This document shows positions 51,926 through 64,000 of a DNA stretch of 64,000 nt, in pieces; the first letter of the stretch is position 1; the number at the start of each line of letters is the position of its first letter. The notes beneath the pieces were generated by a model. It did not search any database. It was not told the DNA's origin and saw only the letters and a program-made list of their open reading frames with translations. Made by a program: the position numbers and the translations under genes. The DNA lies in contig ML992511.1 in assembly GCA_010093995.1 (NCBI GenBank), positions 763,516 to 827,515 on the forward strand. Reading direction: 5' to 3'. Origin of the DNA: Elsinoe ampelina (lineage: Eukaryota).

Positions 51926-52466
51926 CTACCGATTCTTATCAAGACTACTCCTCTCTAGTGCCTCGAGCAGTTCCGGCCTCTCCTTGAGACACACCACGGC
52001 CTCTTTATACGTCATCCACTTCCTCCGCCTCTTGTGCATCTCGGGCCACTTTGCCTTCTCCTCCTCGACCGTGGCCTCGAAGAAATTATACGTCGCCTTG
52101 GGGGCCTCGGTGGTGCATTGGTCCAGCGAGCGTTTCTCGGTGATGTTGCCCAGGTCGCGCTTGATCTTGACGATGACGCCGGCTTCTTCCCAGGCTTCGC
52201 GCTTGGCGGCTTCTTCTTGGGTGGGTTCGTCGGTTTCCCATCCGCCTTTGGGGAGGACCCAGCCGTTGTGTCGGGTGGATTGGATGAGGAGGACGAGGGA
52301 GAAGTCGCTGGAGAGAGGGACGATGCCTGCGACTAGGCGTTCGCCTTGGGTGCCGTAGCCTTGGAGGGAGTTAGTGGGACTGGGACAGAGGATTAGAAGT
52401 TGGGGACGTACGTTGGTTGTCTCGGCCTACTCGCGCCTCCATTGATCTTTCGGCGTCCTTTGCCAT
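51926..52466 (-). CDS. DDP1: Nudix diphosphoinositol-polyphosphate / polyphosphate hydrolase
   Basis: Spliced translation MEARVGRDNQR|YGTQGERLVAGIVPL...WVLPKGGWETDE...AAKREAWEEAG (Nudix box)...WPEMHKRRRKW. Confidence 0.93.
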
Positions 52467-52472
52467 GATTTC

Positions 52473-52952
52473 TCACGTGACTATTCTTACTCGGCGAGGG
52501 AAATCGTCGGAAAACGTCCTGACGTGCCTTTGGGTCGCTGAAATTGAGCACGGCCTGTATAGATGCGATGATCGATCAAATGTCCACCCTAAACGAACGA
52601 CAACAGTCGGTTGAGGCAACGATGCCTTGATTGCAATCGAGAGAACTGCCGGAGGAGGATTTGACAACCGCGGAGGACGAGCGTGGGGTCGAATAAGTTT
52701 TCGAGGCGGAAAGAAACCAAAAGGGTTTGCTTTGAGCGCTACGAACCCTCAATCCCGCTTGTGACGGGACGCAGGTGTCGACCTGAGCCTGGGGAGGTGT
52801 GATGGGTCGACCGTCATGATGGTTGGGTGGAGGATGGTAGCGAAGACGTTGTGGGACCTCTCTAAGAGACGGATCTGCTGGAACTTTGAACGAGAACCAC
52901 GTGCATCCCGCGCCAAATTTTGCTAGGGTAAAAAATGTGTCACGTGACGTCA
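52473..52952. promoter_or_regulatory. Three CACGTG E-boxes (one overlapping TGACGTCA) upstream of DDP1
   Basis: TCACGTGA at 52473, CACGTG at 52898, GTCACGTGACGTCA at 52939-52952. Confidence 0.5.
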
Positions 52953-53772
52953 ACTCACCGGATTGCTCTTTCTGGTTTGGTCGGCTTCAATCAAGCTCAA
53001 CCTTCATTCATACACGATCTAGACTGTCTCATCACTTTACCACTCCTTTCATGTCGAGCGCGCGATATCGCTTTTGCATCCCGAACTAACCAGCATCAAC
53101 CATAGTAGGACCTGAAGGCTGATTGACTGTCTTCAGCTACCTTGTCGTATCCAAAATGCAGTCCTTTCATGATTCTGCTCCCTACTATTTCTTATGCACC
53201 TGTCTGGGCCACGAGGGAGACTTCATCTTCTCGTCATCATAGAAGCTCATAGATCGACAGCGCGTCTATCGGTTCTCATGGTGAAATGGACAATGGAGTG
53301 AGGTGGAAGCTAGACACGTATGCGATGGTGCTCAATTGCTGGGTACAAAGATTCGGCACCGGAGAAGTGCTTCTTTCAGACATGAAGCCGTCCAAGACTC
53401 ATGAACCAAGATGCAATCTTCCCGTTCGAGGACTTTCAAGATATCTGACCGTGATCATAAATGCTGAAATCATCTGCACTATCGAATTTCACTGTGACGA
53501 TCCATGCTGTGCAAAATGGCCCCCGGTGACTTGTTCCTCACTTCCGCCACTCGGTTGTTTGTGATACCCGAACTGTACCTCGCTTGATAGAAGGTGCCCA
53601 ACTCACGACCTTCGATTGTTCCTACTCCAATCGCGAATTGCCAGCGGACCACTCGATTCTTTGCAAGTTTGCATCCTCGATTCTATGCAATCATTGCTTC
53701 GGTCTCACTGTCACTTCGAAATTAGTGTAGTCGTGCTCAACATGGTGGGGATAGCGTCGTAGTCGCCACATC

Positions 53773-55483
<1,711 letters not shown>

Positions 55484-55641
55484 CGAGAGCATCACTCAAA
55501 ACAGACCTGCGCCTGGATTGCATGCCGTCACATGCCGAGCAACAAGGCCAACGTGGTTGTAAAGTGCCTAACCAATGAGAAGTGATGGAAAATTATCGAC
55601 GTCTCCAACGTTGCCGATGTCGGACGCATTGATCGGCATCT

Positions 55642-55798
55642 TGACTCCTTCCCTTCTTGAAACCCCACAGAATTGACCCAGAACTGACGTCCCACGGCCA
55701 AGTCCCCTCCGAAAACTTTTGCAGCCACGGCAGAGTCGCGCCCTCACAAAACCATCTCCATTGGTCTGTGCAACGCCTGGGTCGACCACTAAGAGTCA
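55642..55798. promoter_or_regulatory. Two Gcn4/CpcA-like TGACTC sites upstream of homocitrate synthase
   Basis: TGACTC at 55642 and GAGTCA at 55793. Confidence 0.5.
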
Positions 55799-55922
55799 TT
55801 TTGAGATTGACGAAGCGCGATTCAAGAGACCGCCTTCTCCCCCCATCACTTCTCCTCTCTCCACAAACACTTTCTACACACACGACCAGTCAGACTTAAT
55901 CTCTGACAACACATCAACAATC

Positions 55923-57550
<1,628 letters not shown>

Positions 57551-57917
57551 TTTGAGGAAAACCTTGCATGAGAGTGACGAAATGATTTGAAGCGATTGGA
57601 CAGAGGGCCAAAAGTCGTTTATGGCGTTACGGAAACAGGGACGAGTTTTCTTTCACGCAGTGCATGGCTTTGCGAGCACAGCGACCATGATGTGCTCATG
57701 GTAGAGGATCTGCTGTCTGGCAGTCCGTACAGATGACAGCTGGTCGGTCATGAGGACCGCCAGATGTAGCATAGAAGATACAATGCAATGATGTCAAACA
57801 ATCTAGATCCATTTCACTTCCTATCAGTGAAGTCGCCACATGTTTGCCATCCTCGACACCCAAAATTACATCTGATAAAACTTTCATTGACCTATACACT
57901 CGTCTTCCTTTCCCCAT

Positions 57918-59012
57918 CTACTTCTTCAACTTCTCCGTCAATTCCGGCACCGCATCAAACAAATCCGCCACCAGTCCCACATCCGCGACCTCGAAAATCG
58001 GCGCCTCAGCATTCTTGTTAATCGCCGCAATGACCTTACTATCCTTCATGCCCGCCAGATGCTGGATCGCCCCACTAATACCCGCACACAGATACAGCTG
58101 CGGCGCGACATTCTTCCCCGTCTGCCCAACCTGCAGACTGTTATCCGCGAAGCCACTGTCCACGGCGGCGCGCGAGGCGCCGATGGCGGCCCCGATGGCG
58201 TCCGCGAGAGGCGGGATGACGCGGTCGAATTCTTCTTTGGATTTGAGGCCGCGGCCGCCCGAGACGACGCGGTCGGCGGTGGAGAGCTCGGGGCGGTCGG
58301 ATTGGGCGAGGGATTCGGAGACCCATTCTGCTTGGGCGGGGGCGGAGGGGTCGGTGCCTTGCTCGATGGTGGCGGACCCGGAGCCGATGGGGGAGGGGGG
58401 GAAGGAGGTGCCGCGGAGGGTGACGATTTTGATGGGGTCGGTGGATTCGACGGTCAGGATGGCGTTGCCGGCGTAGATGGGGCGGACGAAGGCTGGAGGG
58501 TGGGTTAGTGGGGGAACGGAGGGGAAGGGGATGGGGGACGGACTGGTTTCGTTTTCGATAGAGGTGATGTCGCTGATTTGTTGGACGTCGAGGAGGGCGG
58601 CGACGCGGGGCATGAGGGTTTTGCCGAAGGCCGAGTGGCCGGCGAAGATGTGGGTGAAGCCACCTTTCTTGATGTTCTCGACGAGGAGAGGGGCGTAGTG
58701 CTCGGGGAGACCTTTGTCGTAGGCTTCGTTCTCGATGTAGAGGATCTTTTCTATTCCTTCGACTTTGGCTGCTTCTTCGGCGACGGCTTTGGCATTCTTG
58801 CCGGCGAGGATGCCTGTGACTGAGCCTCCGAGCTGTGTGCCGGCTGTTACGGCTGCGAGAGAGGAAGGGTTAAGCTTGCCGTCTCTTTGCTCGAGGATGG
58901 CCAGTGTGGAGAGGAGCCGAGCTAGGGATGACTGTGAAAAGGTTGGTCGCGAGGCATTGAGGACGCTGGAACGAGCCTGCCGTAAGGCAGTATGCCGGGC
59001 TATCGAGAACAT
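57918..59012 (-). CDS. AIM45: Electron transfer flavoprotein subunit alpha, mitochondrial
   Basis: FVRPIYAGNA, VVSGGRGLK, GASRAAVD, QVGQTGK, GISGAIQHLAG; probable in-frame intron at about 58542-58492. Confidence 0.96.
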   Translation of the reverse strand: MFSIARHTALRQARSSVLNASRPTFSQSSLARLLSTLAILEQRDGKLNPSSLAAVTAGTQLGGSVTGILAGKNAKAVAEEAAKVEGIEKILYIENEAYDKGLPEHYAPLLVENIKKGGFTHIFAGHSAFGKTLMPRVAALLDVQQISDITSIENETSPSPIPFPSVPPLTHPPAFVRPIYAGNAILTVESTDPIKIVTLRGTSFPPSPIGSGSATIEQGTDPSAPAQAEWVSESLAQSDRPELSTADRVVSGGRGLKSKEEFDRVIPPLADAIGAAIGASRAAVDSGFADNSLQVGQTGKNVAPQLYLCAGISGAIQHLAGMKDSKVIAAINKNAEAPIFEVADVGLVADLFDAVPELTEKLKK

Positions 59013-59441
59013 GTTGACGTCTCTTTCGCAGAAGCAGGATGGCAGATCTGAAGTGGAAGAAAGTCGATCTTGTTTCCCCACATGTCACCTCGGCTTGCGG
59101 AGGTTCAAGGAGAAAGATGAGATGGCGGCGGGATCGGCCGAGTAAGCGAGGATATCTTGGCGGAAGAAGAGCCGCAGCTTTCGCGAAAGATGAGAGGTCG
59201 CGTTTGTCTTGTCGAGCTGTTGCGCTGCGACTTCAACAGATCTCATCACAATTACTACGACCATTGCACTACCAGTCCTTTCCGACCACCATCTGAGCGT
59301 AGATCGGAAATCCACAACCTCACTGCGTTCGACGCCCCTCGAAGGGACGCCGCGCTTCAGTCCCTGATTGTGGACGCGCAAGGAGTAAGAGAATCTACTT
59401 CGACCACCATCTCTGGTCCTGGGTATTTAAACATAACCGCC

Positions 59442-61633
59442 ATGGACCCTATCGCTTCCGAGGACCCTAATGCTCTCACGAATCTATCGGACAGTATGAT
59501 TCAGGCTGAGAACGAGGCAGCAGAGGGCCGGGCGCAAACAACTTCAGGTGAGACCCTAGAAGAAGATCGGGAACGTCAATTGATTGATTTGATAGACCAA
59601 AATGACACATCAATGCTCGGAGGTTCAGCTGATATCAAGCCTGAGAGCAACGGCGACGCTCTGACAGACAATCCTCTAGATGCGCCAGATGCGCCCCAAC
59701 CAGAGAACTCGGAACTGGAACCAGCCGAGGACGAAGACATGGGCGATGCGGACGATGACGCGAAGAAAGAAGACGGCGCAGATGCAGACGCTGCGGACGC
59801 AGCTGAAGACACGGTTGAGGATCCAGCAGCAGCAAAGACAGCACAGGAGATTTCGGCCAGATCACATCTGATAGAGCAAACGCACCGGATCATTCTACCA
59901 AGCTACAGCGCTTGGTTTGAGCTTACCCAGATTCACAACCTCGAGAGGAAGGCTTTACCAGAGTTCTTCAACAGCAGGAATCGCAGCAAGACGCCAGCCG
60001 TGTACAAGGACTATCGCGACTTCATGATCAACACATACCGCCTCAACCCATCGGAATATCTTACTGTTACGGCTTGTAGGCGAAATCTTGCAGGAGATGT
60101 GTGCGCGATCATGAGGGTGCACGCTTTCTTGGAGCAGTGGGGCTTAATCAACTACCAGGTTTGTGGCCACATCAACGATAAGCAATGTGTTTGAGCTGAC
60201 CTGTCCAGATCGATCCTGATACTCGGCCATCAACCATCGCTCCTCCATTCACTGGACACTTTCAAATCACAGCGGACACACCTCGTGGTCTGCAGCACCT
60301 ACAGCCAGGCCCCAAGGCAATCAAGACCGACGGCCGACCACATCCAACCACTGATAGACTGGCAAGTGCGGCTCCTTCACAACCGGATAACCTTTCAGTA
60401 CGGCGAAACATATATGACAGCACCGGAAAGGATGTCACTCCAGCGAAGAAGGAAGGTGATGCCAATGGTGAAGCTAATGGCACGCCGTCACTCGAGGACT
60501 CTCTTGGTGCGAAGGTGACGCCTGTCTACTGCCATACCTGCGGCGCCGACTGCACACGAGTGTACTACCACAACGCCAAATCCCTACCAGCTAACAGCAG
60601 CAAACCTACTCCTGGCGGCAAGACTGACATCTGCCCGCTATGTTACCAACACGGACATTTTCCGTCCTCCACCACAAAGGAGGACTACACCAAACACGAA
60701 AACATCTCCTACCTCAACATTGCCGACAAATCCAGCCCGTGGACGGACGGTGAACTTCTCCTCCTCCTCGAAGGTCTCGAACTCTTCGACGAAAACTGGG
60801 ACAGCGTCGCCTCTCACGTCAAGACACGCACGCGAGAAGAATGCGTCCTCAAATTCCTCCAACTCGAGATCGAAGACAAGTACGTCGAAACCGAAGACGA
60901 AAGCAAAGAACGCGGCCCCTACGGCTGGCTCTCCGACGGACGCATCCCCTTTAGCAAAGCCGAAAACCCCGTGCTCTCCGTGCTCTCCTTCCTCGCCAAC
61001 CTCGCCGATCCCAACGTCGCTGCCGCCGCCGCCGGCCGCTCTGTGGCCGAAGTCCGCCAAGGGCTCCGCAAACAACTCTCCTCCTCGACTCCTTCGTCCA
61101 CCGACAAGAAAGACGGGTCCGCCCCCTCCACCGAACCCGCGAAACCCGAATCCGACCCCAGCACCAACGAAGCAATGGACCTCGACCGTCCCTCCGTCCC
61201 CGCCCCAGTCCCCGCCTCGGGCTCAGACCCAGCGACCATCGCCCTCTCCCTCACCGCGGCGCGCGCCTCGGCCCTCGCCTCGCACGAAGAGCGTCACATC
61301 ACCTCCCTCGTCAGCGCAGCCGTGAACCTGCAGCTCCAAAAAATGGAGACCAAACTCTCCCAGTTCGAAGAAATGGAGAGCCTGTTGGCGGCGGAGAGGA
61401 GGGAGCTGGAGAGGCAGCGCCAGAGACTGTTCCTCGACCGCGTGGCGTTTGGGAGGAAGGTGAGGGAGGTGGAGGAACGGTTCAAGGGGTTGGGTGTGGG
61501 GCCTGCGAAGGGGGAGAAGGATGGTAAGGGGGAGGAGGAGGAGGGGAAATTGGAGTTTGCGAGGGGCGAGGGGGCGGGGGATGTGAAGCCCGTGGGGGAG
61601 GGGGAGGAGGGGTTTAGGAGTTTGGAGCTATAG
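59442..61633 (+). CDS. RSC8: SWI/SNF-RSC chromatin remodelling subunit (Swi3/Rsc8/Ssr2)
   Basis: SWIRM ([10 protein letters not shown]...[11 protein letters not shown]), ZZ zinc finger, SANT ([14 protein letters not shown]) and C-terminal coiled coil; intron 60159-60208. Confidence 0.93.
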
Positions 61634-62064
61634 CGAGGAGGTCGTGGTGGGTCAGGTTGGTCGTGTCGATGGATTAGGAGAGTAGTGATGAGCGCTGCAT
61701 CGGGTTGAATGATGCCTTGAGAGGTGCACAGGGGGAAGGATCCGTGGGTGTATTCCAGATGGGGGAATTGTGCAATGGCGTCGTGTCGGCTGCAAGGGCG
61801 AGGATCATGAGGTGGTGAAGAGCTCGATATCGGCTGTATGCTAGTCCAGAGGGCGTCCAGGATCGGACAGACAAATGAATGCATGTTTCACTTTTCAAAA
61901 CCGCATACTTACCTCTCTCTTGCTTCCCTACACCTTGCACGCGCGGGTCACGACTGCAGTCATACACTTTCATCACAGTTTCATACCATGGCTCAATCAT
62001 CATCGGTATCATCATTTCATTCACCCCTCCCGATCCCCCCCATATCTCCCCTCCAACATGCCAC

Positions 62065-64000
62065 CTAAGCACCCACCCCCACCGCCCCCCTTCCGAGCCC
62101 CAGCAAACTCTCCGCCGCCTCCCTCCTCCTCATCTCCTCCCTGACCTTCCTCTTCCTCGCCCCCATCCCCCGCTCCACATACCTCGTTTCCCTCCCCTCA
62201 TCCACAAACTCGATGCGTTGAATAATGAAACTCATCCCATCGTGGTCGCCGCCCCAAGTACGGGACTTGAGGTGGTGCAGGACGCTGCCTTCGTATTTAC
62301 TCAAGGGGGGCAGGATGACGACTGTGATGTGCATGTCTCTGTCTGCAGGGATGAAGACGGGGTGGACAGGCTTGGTGTCGAGTTTGTCGGGTGTTTCGTT
62401 CGAGTGAGGGGTGTCGCCATTCGTCTTGTCACCGTTTGTGCCGTTCATTTCGGTCTGGGCTTCGAGGGCGCGGAGGTCGTCGCTATAGGCACCAAAGTCG
62501 CCTTTGATCCAGCCGCTGTGGACGGCTGCGGCGACGACGTCAGAGTCGTCGGTGTAGATCTCTGTGCCCCAAAGAGCGCGGCGGTCGCAGATCTCTTCGA
62601 GGCCGCCAGCGACGGGAACAGATTCGGCGTAAGATGACGCTAGATAGGACCGAGGGACGCGGATGGTGAAGCTGCCGTTCTCCTTTTCTGGGAAGTAAGG
62701 TATGGGTCCAGGTGCAGCGGCGAAGAAACGCTTCATCTCCTCCAGAGGACGTGGTTTGTTTGATGAGAGTGTCAGATTCGGAGAATAGAGAGCAGATCCG
62801 AGGTGGACTCGCGGCTTGGTGAGAGCCATGTCAAATACTTCTTGAGACTTGACGTGGATCTTAGGAGCAGGTACTGGAGCTGCAGGCTTCGTATGGTGAT
62901 GGTGATGAGTGGTATGTGGTGGATGAGCGTGGTGATGGTGGTGGTGATGCGGCGGAATAACCGGTGCAGCAGCCGCGGTTGATGGGAAACGAAGAGTGTT
63001 GAAGCCTCCACGAGCAGCAACTCCATCCTCGGGCGTATGGTGATGATGGTGGTGCGCAGGGTGATGTGGATGCTGATGATGATGGTGGTGATGGGCTGTC
63101 TTGGCTCGCTTGCCTCTGTGCTGACCCGTCGGAGTGCTTCTGCCATTGATACTATCTCCATCTTCCCGCGTGGCGTCGCTTCGATCTGCGCGATGCAATA
63201 CTGATGTACCACCGACGACGTTCTCGTGTTCACCAATGTCGCCATTCCGCTCGTGATCACCGTCGGCAAATCTTGACGGACTTAGGCGCGAAGGTGTGAG
63301 GTTTCCTGACGCTGAGAATGGCCCATTAGGCGTGCCAGCTCCTCCAACACCACTGCCTAGACCGGAGAACATTCGGCCAAACTCATACTTGATGGATGGT
63401 GTGCCGCCCGGCCCAGTTAGTCGTGGTTGCGCTCCTTGGACAGCTTGTGGAAGAGGCGAAGCACGTCCTCCTTTGCGATTCAGCTCGGGACTGACGGTCA
63501 AGAAAGCTCTCGGTATGGGATGGCCATCGTCATCACGACGTCCGCGTGGCTGAGATGTCGTCTCGAGACGATCGCGATCTTGAGGCGCATAGTGTCGGAA
63601 TCTCGACTCGAAGCCGTGGTCGCCTGCGCTCGGTGGTGAGCTTGCTCCTGCCGGTACAGATCGAGGCTCGAGTGGACGGCGGTCGTCATACTCGGGTCTC
63701 CGCTCAATCGGCCCATAAGTATGTCTCGCGTAAGGATCTCGATCATCTCTATGTGGTGGTGGTGGGTAAGGTGCGTGATTCGGCGGTTGTTGTGTTTCGA
63801 CCTGCCGGCCGTGGTCAATCATGGGTCTCATGTGTCTTTCATCAATGTCGTAACGATGCTGAGGCTCAGCATGATGTGGTGGATACTCGCGGAATCCTCC
63901 TGGTACTCTGTGTTCTGGTTGTGCTGCTGCCCTCCATGCTTCGATCCTCTCTTGTACTGATGACGCGGGCTGACTGTTGGGTCGAGGTGGAGCGCCACCT
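62065..64000 (-). CDS. RXT3: Rxt3-domain protein (Rpd3L histone deacetylase subunit); 5' end lies beyond the window
   Basis: RRALWGTEIYTDDSDVVAAAVHSGW, ILPPLSKY...KSRTWGGDHDGMSF; upstream low-complexity and His-rich region. Confidence 0.85.
   Translation of the reverse strand, partial: GGAPPRPNSQPASSVQERIEAWRAAAQPEHRVPGGFREYPPHHAEPQHRYDIDERHMRPMIDHGRQVETQQPPNHAPYPPPPHRDDRDPYARHTYGPIERRPEYDDRRPLEPRSVPAGASSPPSAGDHGFESRFRHYAPQDRDRLETTSQPRGRRDDDGHPIPRAFLTVSPELNRKGGRASPLPQAVQGAQPRLTGPGGTPSIKYEFGRMFSGLGSGVGGAGTPNGPFSASGNLTPSRLSPSRFADGDHERNGDIGEHENVVGGTSVLHRADRSDATREDGDSINGRSTPTGQHRGKRAKTAHHHHHHQHPHHPAHHHHHHTPEDGVAARGGFNTLRFPSTAAAAPVIPPHHHHHHHAHPPHTTHHHHHTKPAAPVPAPKIHVKSQEVFDMALTKPRVHLGSALYSPNLTLSSNKPRPLEEMKRFFAAAPGPIPYFPEKENGSFTIRVPRSYLASSYAESVPVAGGLEEICDRRALWGTEIYTDDSDVVAAAVHSGWIKGDFGAYSDDLRALEAQTEMNGTNGDKTNGDTPHSNETPDKLDTKPVHPVFIPADRDMHITVVILPPLSKYEGSVLHHLKSRTWGGDHDGMSFIIQRIEFVDEGRETRYVERGMGARKRKVREEMRRREAAESLLGLGRGAVGVGA

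Noticed and set aside
58492..58542. Pro-rich insertion in ETF-alpha
   Set aside because: Has a GT donor, CTAAC branch point and CAG acceptor; best explained as a stop-free in-frame intron.

Overview
Gene-dense eukaryotic DNA from a filamentous ascomycete (Pezizomycotina; Dothideomycete-like is my inference only). Introns are short, mostly GT-AG, with CTRAC branch points. I can support about 29 protein-coding genes. Housekeeping genes: TSC13, CTF8, BTN1, RPS8, eIF5B, PRS, RCN1, SEC61, mitochondrial PheRS, DDP1, ATE1, homocitrate synthase, ETF-alpha, SWI3/RSC8, RXT3. A more accessory stretch (about 12-39 kb) holds an 898-aa protein with a C-terminal HicA-toxin-like domain, a SNF2/RING helicase, a PTH11-like receptor, a GH11 xylanase, a DUF3328/UstYa oxidase, two transporters and a secreted HEXXH protein. 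I found no tRNA, rRNA, CRISPR array or recognisable transposon. Most notable: (1) a eukaryotic protein ending in a bacterial HicA-like RNase-toxin domain, next to a SNF2 helicase; (2) a divergent mitochondrial carrier with one in-frame TAG where an aromatic residue is expected, a candidate for A-to-I stop-codon repair or a pseudogene; (3) recurrent ~1-kb C-rich to G-rich skew-switch domains independent of gene orientation; (4) a DUF2235 lipase-like gene directly upstream of a probable Ppo fatty-acid dioxygenase. All family calls come from motif recognition by eye; no database searches were run.
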